From: Patescibacteria group bacterium
GTDB taxonomy: Bacteria > Patescibacteriota > Minisyncoccia > CAIUEV01 > JAHKAQ01
Length of the DNA: 64,000 nt
Direction of reading: 5' to 3'
NCBI GenBank assembly: GCA_034716235.1
Contig: JAYEHH010000037.1
Coordinates: forward strand, 566-64,565
This document shows positions 1 through 10,608 of this stretch, piece by piece. A program made the position numbers and the translations under genes. Below the pieces are notes generated by a model. The model ran no database searches, was not told where the DNA came from, and saw only the letters and a program-made list of their open reading frames with translations. Positions within the stretch are counted from its first letter, which is position 1, and each line of letters begins with the position of its first letter.

Positions 1-224
1 CCAGAGTAAAGCTTACCAATAAAATGGAAGTTACGGCTTACATTCCAGGGATTGGTCATAATCTGCAAGAGCACTCAATTGTAGTTATCAGAGGTGGCAG
101 AGTAAAGGACTTACCGGGAGTGCGTTATCATGTGGTTAGGGGAGTCTTGGATGCAGCTGGGGTTACTGATAGAAAAAGAGGCCGTAGCAAATATGGAGTC
201 AAGAAGCCTAAAGATAAAAAATAA
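1..224 (+). CDS. rpsL: 30S ribosomal protein S12 (5' partial)
   Basis: [17 protein letters not shown]...[12 protein letters not shown] motif; frame is open from the window edge. Confidence 0.97.
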   Translation, partial: RVKLTNKMEVTAYIPGIGHNLQEHSIVVIRGGRVKDLPGVRYHVVRGVLDAAGVTDRKRGRSKYGVKKPKDKK

Positions 225-278
225 AAGGTAAGTAATTAATTACGTAATTAATTAAGTAAATAGGTATCTGATTATTAA

Positions 279-725
279 ATGATTAAAAAATATTCCCCCG
301 ATCCTAAATTTGATAATGTTTTAGTTGGACGCTTAATAGGTCAACTAATGAAAAAGGGTAAAAAATCAAAAGCTCAGGACATTATCTATGGTTGCTTTGA
401 TATTATAAATGAAAAAAGTAAGCAGGACCCGCTAGATGTTTTTGATGAAGCGGTAAAAAATGTGACTCCGTCTCTTGAAGTTAGAGCAAAAAGAGTAGGA
501 GGTGCTAATTACCAAGTACCCGTGCCGGTTATGGGGGAAAGAAGAATGACTTTAACTTTGCGTTGGATTCTTGATGCCGCTAGAGCTAAAAAGGGTAAAA
601 TTATGGCTGAAAAACTGGCTTCAGAAATTATGGATGCTTCTAATAAACAAGGTACAGCGGTTAAAAAAAGAGAAGATGTGCATAGAATGGCTGAGGCTAA
701 TAAGGCCTTTGCTCATTTCGCTTAA
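279..725 (+). CDS. rpsG: 30S ribosomal protein S7
   Basis: [10 protein letters not shown] and [13 protein letters not shown] motifs; follows rpsL. Confidence 0.97.
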   Translation: MIKKYSPDPKFDNVLVGRLIGQLMKKGKKSKAQDIIYGCFDIINEKSKQDPLDVFDEAVKNVTPSLEVRAKRVGGANYQVPVPVMGERRMTLTLRWILDAARAKKGKIMAEKLASEIMDASNKQGTAVKKREDVHRMAEANKAFAHFA

Positions 726-762
726 AACTACAAAAATTATAATTTTTTGTTCTTGCTGTGTA

Positions 763-865
763 TGTCACCCCCGCGAAAGCGGGGGTCCCGAGCAAATTTA
801 GGAAAAACTAACTTGGCAAAGCCTTGTCTAGACGTACCGGGATTCCCGCTTTCGCGGGAATGACA
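763..865. repeat. Composite REP/dRS3-like element (two palindromes around a conserved ~50-bp spacer)
   Basis: TGTCACCCCCGC-GAAA-GCGGGGG ... GAGCAAATTTAGG...CTAGACGTACCGG ... ATTCCCGC-TTTC-GCGGGAATGACA; related copies at 3172, 34430, 35525, 54500. Confidence 0.9.
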
Positions 866-900
866 GAATGGGAATGACAGTGAAAAATAGGAGTAGTAGA

Positions 901-962
901 CCAATTCTCCATTCTCCATTCTCCATTATCAATTCTCAATTATCAATTATCAATTATCAATC
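901..962 (+). repeat. Heptamer tandem array (ATTCTCC/ATTATCA) abutting the fusA start
   Basis: About 8 imperfect 7-nt units ending at ATG 963. Confidence 0.85.
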
Positions 963-3092
963 ATGCCTCGTAAATATCCTCTAGAAAAAACAAGAAATAT
1001 TGGCATTATCGCCCATATTGATGCTGGTAAAACAACCGTAACCGAACGGATTCTTTTCTATACGGGGATTTCTCACAAGATTGGAGAGGTTCATGAAGGT
1101 GAAGCAATTATGGATTGGATGGAGCAGGAGCGAGAAAGAGGCATCACTATTACTTCGGCAGCTACCACCTGTTTTTGGTCTCCGTCTGTCTTTGACGAGG
1201 AAGGTCAAGTAAAAGCCGGCAAAAAAGAATATGCCATTAATATTATTGACACTCCAGGGCATGTAGATTTCACAGTTGAAGTAGAGCGTTCTCTACGAGT
1301 TTTAGATGGAGGAGTAGTTATTTTTGATGGGAAAATGGGAGTAGAGCCCCAGTCGGAAACGGTTTGGAGACAAGCAGATAAATATAAAGTGCCTCGCATT
1401 TGTTTTGTTAATAAAATCAATCAAACGGGAGGTGATTTTTATATGAGTCTAGAATCTATTCAAAGCAGATTAAGTCCTAAAGCGGTAGCCATTACTTTGC
1501 CGATTGGAAGTGAACAGGATTTAAAAGGACTTATTGATTTAGTTGAAATGCAGGCTTATGTTTTTACCGATGATGAACATACAATTCTTCAAAAAACTGA
1601 GATTGATAAAGATATGCAAGAAAAAGCTCAGCAATATCATGATCAATTAGTAGAGAAAGTGGCTGAGACTGATGATAAATTATTAGAAGTTTTTTTGGAA
1701 GATGGTAAAATTTCTCCAGCAGAATTAAAATATGCTATTCGGAAAGCTACTTTAACCAGTAAACTATTTCCAGTTATTGGAGGTGATGGAAGAACCGTTA
1801 TTGTGACAAAACTATTAGATTATGTTTTGGATTATCTTCCTAGCCCATTGGATGTACCTGCCGTTGAAGGAGATGATCCTAAATTAGAAACTAAAATTAC
1901 TCGCAAAACGAACGATGAAGAAAGTTTTTCAGCTCTAGCTTTTAAAATTGCCACCGACCCCTTCGTGGGAACTCTTTGTTTTCTGCGGGTTTACTCGGGA
2001 GTTTTAAAAGTTGGAAGTTATATTCTAAACGCTACTAAGGACGAAAAAGAAAGAGTAGGCAGAATTGTTAGAATGCACTCCAACAAGAGAGAAGAAGTAG
2101 AAGAAGTATATGCCGGAGAAATTGCTGCTATTGTTGGTTTGAAAAATACTACTACCGGAGATACCCTTTGTGATGTAAACAACCCTATAATTTTAGAAAA
2201 AATTACCTTCCCAGAACCAGTAATTTCAGTAGCAGTTGAACCTAAAACTAAAGCTGATCAAGAAAAAATGGGTCTGGCTCTCAAGAAATTAGCTCAAGAA
2301 GACCCAACTTTTCAAATAAGGACTGATGAGGAAACTCTAGAGACTATCATTTCCGGTATGGGAGAGTTACATTTGGAAGTTTTGATAGATAGGATGAAAC
2401 GAGAATTTAAAGTGGGAGCTAATATTGGTAAACCTAGAGTGGCCTACAAAGAAGCCATAGCCACAGAAACAGAAGTTGAAGAAAAATATATTCGTCAAAC
2501 CGGTGGACGCGGTCAGTATGGCCATGTTTTATTAAAACTAGAACCTCAAGAAGCCGGTAAAGGATGTGAATTTGTGAATGCCATAAGGGGAGGACGTATT
2601 CCTCAAGAATTTATTCCGGCAGTAGAAAAAGGGATTAAGGGAGCTATGGAAAGTGGAGTGATTGCTGGTTACCCAGTAGTTGATACAAAAGTTACTTTAT
2701 TTGATGGGTCATATCACGAAGTAGATTCTTCAGAAGCAGCTTTTAAAATTGCTGGCTCTAAAGCTTTTAAGAGAGGCTTTAAGGCCGCTAAACCTTATTT
2801 GCTAGAACCAATAATGAAAGTAGAAGTGGTTACTCCAGAACAATTTATGGGAGATGTGGTTGGAGATTTAAGTTCTAGACGAGGAATCGTTGGTAATATG
2901 GAAGATCGGGGTGAAGACAGTGTGTCCGTTAAAGTCATTGCAGCTAATGTGCCGTTATCATCTATGTTTGGATATGCCACCGCCTTGCGTTCTTTAAGCC
3001 AAGGGAGATCTAACTATTCAATGGAATTTAGCCATTATGAAAAAATCCCGGCTAATATTGCAGAAGAAATTATGGGCAAAGAGGAAGAATAA
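963..3092 (+). CDS. fusA: Elongation factor G
   Basis: [26 protein letters not shown] motifs; 709 aa. Confidence 0.98.
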   Translation: MPRKYPLEKTRNIGIIAHIDAGKTTVTERILFYTGISHKIGEVHEGEAIMDWMEQERERGITITSAATTCFWSPSVFDEEGQVKAGKKEYAINIIDTPGHVDFTVEVERSLRVLDGGVVIFDGKMGVEPQSETVWRQADKYKVPRICFVNKINQTGGDFYMSLESIQSRLSPKAVAITLPIGSEQDLKGLIDLVEMQAYVFTDDEHTILQKTEIDKDMQEKAQQYHDQLVEKVAETDDKLLEVFLEDGKISPAELKYAIRKATLTSKLFPVIGGDGRTVIVTKLLDYVLDYLPSPLDVPAVEGDDPKLETKITRKTNDEESFSALAFKIATDPFVGTLCFLRVYSGVLKVGSYILNATKDEKERVGRIVRMHSNKREEVEEVYAGEIAAIVGLKNTTTGDTLCDVNNPIILEKITFPEPVISVAVEPKTKADQEKMGLALKKLAQEDPTFQIRTDEETLETIISGMGELHLEVLIDRMKREFKVGANIGKPRVAYKEAIATETEVEEKYIRQTGGRGQYGHVLLKLEPQEAGKGCEFVNAIRGGRIPQEFIPAVEKGIKGAMESGVIAGYPVVDTKVTLFDGSYHEVDSSEAAFKIAGSKAFKRGFKAAKPYLLEPIMKVEVVTPEQFMGDVVGDLSSRRGIVGNMEDRGEDSVSVKVIAANVPLSSMFGYATALRSLSQGRSNYSMEFSHYEKIPANIAEEIMGKEEE

Positions 3093-3321
3093 ATGGATAA
3101 TGGATAATTCACAATGCCACCCAAAGGCTGGTCACCCTCTGGGTGAGATAATGGAGAATTGATAATTTCCCTGTCATTCCCGCGAAAGCGGGAATCCCGG
3201 TACGTCTAGGCAAAACTTTGTCAAAATGATTTTCCTAAATTTGCTCGGGACCCTTGCTAGCACGGGGGTGGTACATACATCAGGGGCGAAAAATCTATAA
3301 TCTATAATCTATAATCTATAA
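3092..3321. repeat. Repeat cluster: GGATAAT heptamers, CCACCC..GGGTG hairpin, inverted composite REP (3172-3273), AATCTAT array
   Basis: 3172-3273 is a near reverse complement of 763-865; AATCTAT x4 at about 3292-3321. Confidence 0.88.
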
Positions 3322-3329
3322 TTTTCGAA

Positions 3330-3902
3330 GTGAATCCTTTTAAAATAATAAACAAATACTACAATGCTGATTCGGAGGAGTACCAAACATTGGTGCTTCA
3401 TTCAGTCATGGTAGCCAAAAAAGCATTAGAAATTGTTAGCCAACTAACAATCAGTCAATCTATTGCAGAAAATGTTTCCAGAGAATTTATTTATGAAGCT
3501 GCTATGTTGCATGACATTGGATTTAAATTTCCCGGAGAATTAAAAAACAAAACCGAGCTTGCCTCTCAATATCTCACCCATGGTTATTATGGTGCTGAAA
3601 TTTTAAGAAAAGAAGGACTTCCTCAGCATGCTCAAGTGGCTGAAAATCATGTTGGAGTAGGCTTAACTAGACAAGAAATTGAAAATAACAAATGGCCAAT
3701 GCCTCCAAAAGATTATTTTCCTCAAACAATTGAAGAAAAAATTATATCCTATGCGGATTTATTTTATTCAAAAAGTTATAAAACTTCGCCAGGTTTTTTT
3801 AAGGAAAGAACCATGGAAGAGGTTATTGAAAAGATAAAAAAATACCAAAATGGGAGTGAAAAAATCAAAGTTTTTCGAGAATGGGATAAGATTTTTACTT
3901 AA
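3330..3902 (+). CDS. HD/HDIG-domain phosphohydrolase
   Basis: H...MLHDIG...HG...ENH...YADLF metal-binding pattern; GTG start. Confidence 0.85.
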   Translation: MNPFKIINKYYNADSEEYQTLVLHSVMVAKKALEIVSQLTISQSIAENVSREFIYEAAMLHDIGFKFPGELKNKTELASQYLTHGYYGAEILRKEGLPQHAQVAENHVGVGLTRQEIENNKWPMPPKDYFPQTIEEKIISYADLFYSKSYKTSPGFFKERTMEEVIEKIKKYQNGSEKIKVFREWDKIFT

Positions 3903-4079
3903 TATTTAAGGATTACTTGACTTTAAGTTAAAATTCCGCTAATTATTAACTAATGTATTGCAACAATTACTAAATTATTAATAAGTCTAAGTTTAATAAA
4001 ATAATTAAGACCAATTGGGTAAAACTCAATTCTTGATGAAAGCAATTGGGATTGGTCTTTTGAAAAGGAGTTTTTAAAA

Positions 4080-5273
4080 ATGGCAGAAAAATTTGATCGC
4101 AGTAAACCACACGTAAACGTAGGAACCATTGGTCATGTTGACCATGGTAAAACTACATTAACCGCTGCTATCTTGCATGCTTTGAAGCTGACAGGAAAAT
4201 TAGCCAGCGACAAAGACATTAGTCAAATAGATGCAGCCCCAGAAGAGAAAGAAAGAGGAATTACTATCGCAACAGCTCATGTTGAGTATGAGTCTGACAA
4301 AAGGCACTATGCTCATGTAGATTGTCCAGGGCATGCCGATTACATAAAAAATATGATTACTGGAGCCGCTCAGATGGATGGAGCTATTTTAGTGGTTTCT
4401 GCTACTGATGGTCCTATGCCTCAGACAAGAGAGCATATTCTTTTAGCTCGTCAAGTAGGAGTTCCAGCAATTGTTGTATTTTTAAACAAAGTTGATCAAG
4501 TTGATGATCCTGAATTAATAGATTTGGTAGAAAGTGAAGTCCGAGAACTCTTAAACAAGTATGAATTTGATGGTGATAATGCTTCCATAATTAGAGGGTC
4601 TGCGTTAAAAGCGTTAGAATGCAAAGATAAAGATGATGAAGATATTAAACCCATTTTAGAGCTTGTAACCGCTTTAGATGAAAAAATTCCCGCTCCAGAA
4701 AGAGAAACAGATAAACCTTACCTTATGCCAATAGAAGATATTTTTTCTATTGAAGGGCGAGGGACAGTAGTTACTGGTAGGATTGAGAGAGGTGAAGTAA
4801 ACATTAACGACAAGGTAGAAATTGTAGGTATTAAAGATACCACCGAAACTGTAGTTACGGGGATTGAAATGTTTAACAAAGAGTTGGATAAGGGACAGGC
4901 AGGAGATAACGCCGGGGTTCTTTTAAGAGGAATTAAAAAGGAAGAAATAGAAAGAGGGCAAGTTTTGGCCAAGCCAGGATCTATAACTCCTCACAGTGAG
5001 TTTGAAGCAGAGGTGTATATTTTAACGAAAGAAGAAGGTGGTCGTCACACTCCTTTCTTTACCGGATACAAACCGCAATTCTATATTAGAACTACCGATA
5101 TTACAGGAGATGTCACTCTACCAGAAGGAACTGAAATGGTAATGCCAGGAGATACGATAAGTCTGCAGGCTAAACTGATTGGTAAAGTAGCTATGGAAGA
5201 GGGTATGCGATTTGCGACCAGAGAAGGTGGCAAAACTGTAGGAGCAGGAGTAGTAACTAAGATTATCAAATAA
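4080..5273 (+). CDS. tuf: Elongation factor Tu
   Basis: [18 protein letters not shown]; AAGGAG SD upstream. Confidence 0.99.
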   Translation: MAEKFDRSKPHVNVGTIGHVDHGKTTLTAAILHALKLTGKLASDKDISQIDAAPEEKERGITIATAHVEYESDKRHYAHVDCPGHADYIKNMITGAAQMDGAILVVSATDGPMPQTREHILLARQVGVPAIVVFLNKVDQVDDPELIDLVESEVRELLNKYEFDGDNASIIRGSALKALECKDKDDEDIKPILELVTALDEKIPAPERETDKPYLMPIEDIFSIEGRGTVVTGRIERGEVNINDKVEIVGIKDTTETVVTGIEMFNKELDKGQAGDNAGVLLRGIKKEEIERGQVLAKPGSITPHSEFEAEVYILTKEEGGRHTPFFTGYKPQFYIRTTDITGDVTLPEGTEMVMPGDTISLQAKLIGKVAMEEGMRFATREGGKTVGAGVVTKIIK

Positions 5274-5289
5274 TGAAGTAGCTCAACAG

Positions 5290-5316
5290 AAAGAGGCGGA
5301 TTACCTGCCTCTTTCT
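5290..5316 (+). terminator. Putative intrinsic terminator/hairpin after tuf
   Basis: AAAGAGGCGG-ATTA-CCTGCCTCTTTC stem followed by a short T-rich run. Confidence 0.55.
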
Positions 5317-5347
5317 GTTGTAAGCTTAATAGATCATTAATAAATAG

Positions 5348-5683
5348 ATGGAAAAGAAGAAAGAGCAAAAGTCAGAGGAAAAATCAAGGATTAGGATTAA
5401 AATTAAAGCTTTTGATCATCGAGTAATTGATCAATCGGCTAAACAGATTATGGATACCGCTGAAAGAACAGGGGCTAAGGTTATCGGACCAGTTCCTCTT
5501 CCTACAGCCATTAATCGTTTCACAGTGAATCGGTCCACCTTTGTCAACAAAGATGCTCGCGATCAATATGAAATGAGAACCCATAAGCGTTTGCTGGATA
5601 TTGAAAATTTTACCCCTAAAACGATTGATTCTTTGATTAACCTTGATTTACCAACAGGAGTAAACGTAGAGATTAAGATGTAG
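5348..5683 (+). CDS. rpsJ: 30S ribosomal protein S10
   Basis: [23 protein letters not shown]. Confidence 0.97.
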   Translation: MEKKKEQKSEEKSRIRIKIKAFDHRVIDQSAKQIMDTAERTGAKVIGPVPLPTAINRFTVNRSTFVNKDARDQYEMRTHKRLLDIENFTPKTIDSLINLDLPTGVNVEIKM

Positions 5684-5759
5684 TCCAGTGTGATTATTTG
5701 GCTGAGTGGTTAATTGTGGTTTAGACAATTTATTGAGCTTATAAATTGAATTTTTTCCA

Positions 5760-5786
5760 TAGAGACGTAAAATTTTGCGTCTTTAC
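5760..5786. repeat. Degenerate GTAG-type REP hairpin
   Basis: TAGAGACGTAA-AATT-TTGCGTCTTTAC, same family as 39088-39115. Confidence 0.7.
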
Positions 5787-5859
5787 AATTTTTTGAAGGT
5801 GCAAAAAAGCTCATTTTTCAAACATTCGAACATTTAGATTGAAGGAATAAATAAAGGTT

Positions 5860-6411
5860 ATGTTTATAATCGGTAAAAAATTGAATATGTCGCAGGTTTG
5901 GGACGATAAGAATAGAATTATCCCCATAACTAAACTAAAGTGTACTCCCAGTAAACTGGTAGGTTTTAAGACAGTGGAAAAAGATGGCTATCAAGCTATA
6001 ATCATTAATTGTGAAGGAATTACTAAAGAATTCAAGCTATCTTCAAAAGTGAAAAATGATTTAAAACAAGGAGCTGAAATAACCGTAAGTTCTTTTGCTC
6101 CAGGAGATCGAGTGAAAATTACCGGTAAAAGTAAGGGGAAAGGATTTCAGGGAGTTGTTAAAAGGCATGGTTTTAAAGGAGGAGGAGCTACTCATGGTCA
6201 TCGGCACGATTTAAGACAAGGTGGTTCAATTGGTTCAGCTTATCCTCAACATGTTATGAAAGGAAAAAAAATGGCCGGTAGAATGGGGAGCGATAAAATT
6301 TCTATCAGCAGGGCTTTAGTGGTCAAAGTAGATGAGAAGGAAAATATTTTAATGGTTAGAGGAGCCATACCGGGTAGAAGAGGCGGAATAGTATTTATTA
6401 GTAAACGATAA
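5860..6411 (+). CDS. rplC: 50S ribosomal protein L3
   Basis: SKGKGFQGVVKRHGF, KGKKMAGRMG; short (183 aa). Confidence 0.96.
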   Translation: MFIIGKKLNMSQVWDDKNRIIPITKLKCTPSKLVGFKTVEKDGYQAIIINCEGITKEFKLSSKVKNDLKQGAEITVSSFAPGDRVKITGKSKGKGFQGVVKRHGFKGGGATHGHRHDLRQGGSIGSAYPQHVMKGKKMAGRMGSDKISISRALVVKVDEKENILMVRGAIPGRRGGIVFISKR

Positions 6412-6422
6412 TTATTTTTTTA

Positions 6423-7076
6423 ATGCAACAACCAATTTATAATTTAGACGCCAGCAAACAAGGGGAACTAAAATTAGCTCCCGCAGTGTTTGACGTTCCT
6501 ATGAATTATGATTTGGTTCACAGAGTAGCAGTTTCACTTTCCTCTAACAGAAGACGACCGATAGCTCATACTAAAACTAAAGGAGAAGTCCGCGGTGGAG
6601 GTAAAAAACCATGGAGTCAAAAAGGAACTGGAAATGCACGGGCAGGGTCAATCCGAAGCCCAATTTTTAAAGGTGGTGGAGTTACTTTTGGTCCAAGAAA
6701 CGAAGTGAATTTTCAGAAAAAGATTAATAAGAAAGAACGTAAGAAAGCCTTTGTAGAAGTGCTTTCTAGCAAACTAAGAGATGGTGAGCTTAAAATTATT
6801 GAAAGTTTTAAATTGGAAACACCCAAGACCAAAAAGTTAGCTGATTTATTTAAAAAATTAGGGACTGAGGGTAAATCTGGTCTGGTGGTTACCTTGGAAA
6901 ATAACGATCAGGTAAAGAAATCGTTGGCCAATTTACCAAGGATTAGTTTTGCCCAGGCAGCCAATATTTGCTCATTAGATTTATTGAATTACAAGTTTCT
7001 ATATTTAGAGAAAGCAGTAGTGGGGTATTATGAAAAGAAATACGCTACCGTAGAGGTAAAAAAGAGTAAAAAGTAA
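6423..7076 (+). CDS. rplD: 50S ribosomal protein L4
   Basis: EVRGGGKKPWSQKGTGNARAGS. Confidence 0.97.
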   Translation: MQQPIYNLDASKQGELKLAPAVFDVPMNYDLVHRVAVSLSSNRRRPIAHTKTKGEVRGGGKKPWSQKGTGNARAGSIRSPIFKGGGVTFGPRNEVNFQKKINKKERKKAFVEVLSSKLRDGELKIIESFKLETPKTKKLADLFKKLGTEGKSGLVVTLENNDQVKKSLANLPRISFAQAANICSLDLLNYKFLYLEKAVVGYYEKKYATVEVKKSKK

Positions 7077-7084
7077 TTTTTGTT

Positions 7085-7507
7085 ATGGCAGGATTATTAG
7101 AAAAAATTGGAGTAAAAGGTAAAAAGAAGCCAGTTGTTAGTTCGGCTAAAGAAGAGACTAAAAGTAAAGGCAAAGTAGGGAAAAAGCGGTCTCAAAAAGA
7201 GACTAGCGATAAATTGCCAGAGCATAAAGCTAAAGTTGAAAATGCCTATAGAGTTCTTTTGGGCTTTGTAAATACAGAGAAGTCTAGTCAAGATGCTCAG
7301 TTGGGAAAGTATTGTTTTAAGGTTAACCCTAAATTTGGCAAACGGATGATACAGAAAGCGGTAGAGGAATATTATGGAGTAGTAGTGACCAGGGTGAATG
7401 TAATGAATTATAAACCCAAGTCAAAAAGATTTCGTTTAATTAAAGGTACTAGAGGTACTTATAAGAAAGCGGTTGTAACTCTTAAAGATGGAGATAGTAT
7501 AAAATAA
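7085..7507 (+). CDS. rplW: 50S ribosomal protein L23 with Lys-rich N-terminal extension
   Basis: TEKS...YCFKV...YKKAVVTL; lies between rplD and rplB. Confidence 0.92.
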   Translation: MAGLLEKIGVKGKKKPVVSSAKEETKSKGKVGKKRSQKETSDKLPEHKAKVENAYRVLLGFVNTEKSSQDAQLGKYCFKVNPKFGKRMIQKAVEEYYGVVVTRVNVMNYKPKSKRFRLIKGTRGTYKKAVVTLKDGDSIK

Positions 7508-7512
7508 CACTT

Positions 7513-8346
7513 ATGTTGAAAGTTAAAAAAATTAAAAATAGAGGCAAGCGAGTAATGTCGTATGTATGGGGAGATAAAATTGATCGATCTGCTAAACCCT
7601 ATAAACCGCTTACCCGTACTTTAAAGAAAAGATCTGGGCGAATGCGTTCCGGAAAAATTTCTGTGAGACGCAGAGGAGGGGGGAATCGTAGGAGATATCG
7701 TTTGGTTGATTTTAAGAGAAAGTCTGGGGAATTCAAGGTAGAGAGAATAGAAAAAGATCCTAACCGTAGTGGTTTTATTACCTTGGTTACCGATGAAAAA
7801 GATCGTAAATACTATTTGCCGGCCACCGTTGATATGAATGTTGGTGATACTTTTCAGGCAGGTGAGAAGGTTGCCATTGCTAAGGGCAATCGGACCTGCT
7901 TAGCGAGGATTTTGACCGGTTCTATGGTTTCCAATATTGAACTTTATCCGGGCTCCAGAGGACAATTAGCCAGAGCTGGTGGAACTTATGCAATTGTGAT
8001 GGGACGCGAGAATGGATTGAGCCAACTTAAGATGCCTTCTGGAGAAATTCGTCAGGTTAATGAAGAATGTTATGCTACTATTGGACAAACTTCTAATCTA
8101 GAGAATAATATGATTAGGATAGGGAAGGCTGGCAGAGTGCGTTTAATGGGGCATCGGCCAAAGGTTAGGGGAAAGGCTATGAATGCAGTTGATCATCCAC
8201 ATGGAGGGGGAGAGGGTAATGTATCAATCGGAATGAAACATCCTAAAACTCTTTGGGGGAAACCGGCTTTGGGAGTTAAAACCAGAAAGAAGAATAAACA
8301 AAGTAGTCGGTATATTGTAAAGAGACGAGCACGCAGACGAAAATAA
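7513..8346 (+). CDS. rplB: 50S ribosomal protein L2
   Basis: DPNRS, RGKAMNAVDHPHGGGEG. Confidence 0.98.
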   Translation: MLKVKKIKNRGKRVMSYVWGDKIDRSAKPYKPLTRTLKKRSGRMRSGKISVRRRGGGNRRRYRLVDFKRKSGEFKVERIEKDPNRSGFITLVTDEKDRKYYLPATVDMNVGDTFQAGEKVAIAKGNRTCLARILTGSMVSNIELYPGSRGQLARAGGTYAIVMGRENGLSQLKMPSGEIRQVNEECYATIGQTSNLENNMIRIGKAGRVRLMGHRPKVRGKAMNAVDHPHGGGEGNVSIGMKHPKTLWGKPALGVKTRKKNKQSSRYIVKRRARRRK

Positions 8347-8387
8347 ATAAGCTAGAATCGCAATAATTAATTTCAATTTTAATAGAT

Positions 8388-8723
8388 ATGTCCAGAAGTT
8401 TAAAGAAAGGTCCCTATGTGGATCCCAGAATTTTAAAGAAGATTAAAAATTTAAAGCCGGGAGATAAGACAGTGATTAAGACTTGGTCGCGTGATTGCGT
8501 TATTACTCCAGAAATGATAGGCTTCGTTTTTGGCGTGCATAATGGTCAAAAGCATATTGAAGTTTCGATTGCTGAAGAAATGGTAGGTCATAAATTGGGA
8601 GAATTTTCTTTAACTAGAAAGTTTCAAAAGCATGGAGGCAGGATGCAGAAAGAGATAGAACAAGGAGAAAATCAAGTAATGGGAGAATCTCAAAAGGGAG
8701 CCGAAAAGAAGGACGATAAATAA
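8388..8723 (+). CDS. rpsS: 30S ribosomal protein S19
   Basis: [20 protein letters not shown]. Confidence 0.97.
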   Translation: MSRSLKKGPYVDPRILKKIKNLKPGDKTVIKTWSRDCVITPEMIGFVFGVHNGQKHIEVSIAEEMVGHKLGEFSLTRKFQKHGGRMQKEIEQGENQVMGESQKGAEKKDDK

Positions 8724-8751
8724 GCTTAAAAGGTAATTTCAATTTAATTTT

Positions 8752-9306
8752 ATGCAAGTTAGAGCAAGATTGAAAAATTTTAGAATGTCAGCTAAAAAAG
8801 CCCGCTTAGTGGCTGATTTAGTTAGAGGGGAGAACTTTATTGATGCCAGGGCTCAGTTGCAACATCTGAAAGGTAAAATGGCAGAACCTCTTCTAGGATT
8901 GATTGATTCTTGCGCTGCCAATGGATTACATAATTTTGGGCTAGAAAAAACTAATTTATATATTGATAAAATTGAAGTAGGTGAAGGGACGGTTATGAAA
9001 AGGTGGCGACCAAGGGCTCATGGAAGAGCTTATCCCATTTTTAAAAGAGCTTGTCATATAGAAGTTATTTTAGATGAGATAGAAGCTGGCAAAGGAAGAG
9101 TTAAGGTGAAGAAGCAAAAAGCTAAAACCCTGACCTATAAAGAATTACAGAAAATTACCAGTCAAGCCGATAAGATGTTAAGCAAGCAACAAGAAAAGAA
9201 GCAAAAGGAGAAGAAGCAAGAGCAGGGAAAACAACAGGCTTCCAAAGGAAAGGGTAGCGGTGCAGAACGAGCTATCTCTAAAATTTTTAGAAGAAAAAGT
9301 ATTTAA
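8752..9306 (+). CDS. rplV: 50S ribosomal protein L22 with long Lys/Gln-rich C-terminal extension
   Basis: SAKKARLVADLVRG, PRAHGRA; about 70 extra C-terminal residues. Confidence 0.95.
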   Translation: MQVRARLKNFRMSAKKARLVADLVRGENFIDARAQLQHLKGKMAEPLLGLIDSCAANGLHNFGLEKTNLYIDKIEVGEGTVMKRWRPRAHGRAYPIFKRACHIEVILDEIEAGKGRVKVKKQKAKTLTYKELQKITSQADKMLSKQQEKKQKEKKQEQGKQQASKGKGSGAERAISKIFRRKSI

Positions 9307-9311
9307 GTTAT

Positions 9312-9998
9312 ATGGGCAAAAAAATTAATCCAATTAGCTTCAGATTAGGAATTGTAACCGATTGGTCCTCAAAATGGTTTAGCACAAAAGAATATGCTAA
9401 TTTTTTGGAAATGGATTTGGCGATTGAGAAATATATTAAAAAGGTCCTCAAAGGTAGTGCCGTTAAAGATGTAAATATCAGTAGGTCAGAAAATTCCTTA
9501 AAAATTAAAATTTTGTCAGGTCGTCCAGGTATGATAATCGGACGAGGAGGATCGGGAATTGAAGAATTAAAGAATAAGCTTTCTGCTTTACTAATGTCTT
9601 TAAGAAGCAAACAGAAGAAAGGAAAGAAGAAAAGTAAGTTAGAAATTGAGATAGAAGTAGAAGAGGTTAAGAATTTTGAAGAGCATGCAGCTCTAGTTGC
9701 TCAAAGTGTAGCGGAACAGTTAGAAAAGAGGGTGGCTTTCAGAAGAGTTTTGAAAACAACATTGGATTCAGTTTCTAGACAGAGCAATGTAAAAGGAGTA
9801 AAAATAATGGTAGCTGGTCGATTAAATGGAGCTGAAATGAGATCCAAGGAATGGGTTATTGAAGGAGGAATTCCGTTGCACACCTTAAGAGCTAATGTTG
9901 ATTTTGCTAAATATTCTGCGCATACTAATTGTGGGGTAGTTGGCATAAAAGTTTGGATATATAAGGGAGAAGTTTTTAAAAAGGATAAAAGAAGCTAA
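9312..9998 (+). CDS. rpsC: 30S ribosomal protein S3
   Basis: MGKKINPISFRLG, RPGMIIGRGG, GRLNGAE, IPLHTLRA. Confidence 0.97.
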   Translation: MGKKINPISFRLGIVTDWSSKWFSTKEYANFLEMDLAIEKYIKKVLKGSAVKDVNISRSENSLKIKILSGRPGMIIGRGGSGIEELKNKLSALLMSLRSKQKKGKKKSKLEIEIEVEEVKNFEEHAALVAQSVAEQLEKRVAFRRVLKTTLDSVSRQSNVKGVKIMVAGRLNGAEMRSKEWVIEGGIPLHTLRANVDFAKYSAHTNCGVVGIKVWIYKGEVFKKDKRS

Positions 9999-10000
9999 TT

Positions 10001-10405
10001 ATGCTGTTACCAAAGAAAATTAAGCATCGGAAACAACACGAAAGGAAATTCAGACAGGTTACGAAAAGAGGAAGCACTTTAGAATTCGGAAATTTTGGTT
10101 TAAAAGTGCTGGAAGCTACTTGGATATCTTCAAGACAGTTGGAAGCTGCTAGACGAGCTATGACTCGTTATGTACAAAGACAAGGTAAGATTTGGATTAG
10201 GATTTTTCCCGATTCTCCAATTACTCAGAAGGGAGCAGAAGTTCCAATGGGTAAGGGCAAGGGTAGTGTAGACCATTTTGTGGCTGCAGTTAGTCCCGGA
10301 AGAATTATTTTTGAGATAGGTGGGATTGAGAAAGAGATAGCTGAGGTTGCCCTTAAAAGAGCTGGAGATAAAATATCAGCCAAGACTAAAGTTATTAGTA
10401 AATAA
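10001..10405 (+). CDS. rplP: 50S ribosomal protein L16
   Basis: MLLPKK, QLEAARRA, MGKGKG. Confidence 0.97.
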   Translation: MLLPKKIKHRKQHERKFRQVTKRGSTLEFGNFGLKVLEATWISSRQLEAARRAMTRYVQRQGKIWIRIFPDSPITQKGAEVPMGKGKGSVDHFVAAVSPGRIIFEIGGIEKEIAEVALKRAGDKISAKTKVISK

Positions 10406-10407
10406 TT

Positions 10408-10608
10408 ATGAAAAGAAAAGAATTAATCCAAGTGAATATAGAGAACTTAGAAGATATGGTAAGCTTAAAGAAAAGCGAGTTGTTGAAGTTAAAGTTGGAT
10501 CTCTCAAAAGGGCAAAATGAGGGAGACATTAGAAAGATTAGAAAAGGTAAAAGAGAATTAGCCCAAATTCTAACCATTATTAAAGAAAAAAAGCAACATG
10601 ATAAGTAA
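10408..10608 (+). CDS. rpmC: 50S ribosomal protein L29
   Basis: Size, position, IRKIRK..LAQILT motif. Confidence 0.88.
   Translation: MKRKELIQVNIENLEDMVSLKKSELLKLKLDLSKGQNEGDIRKIRKGKRELAQILTIIKEKKQHDK

Noticed and set aside
571-919. Short ORFs 571-801 and 737-919 (also 34345-34533, 35196-35414, 35614-35841, 51995-52318, 54272-54511)
   Set aside because: They are translations of palindromic or heptamer repeats (e.g. CHSRESGNP, LSIIHY), not credible proteins.
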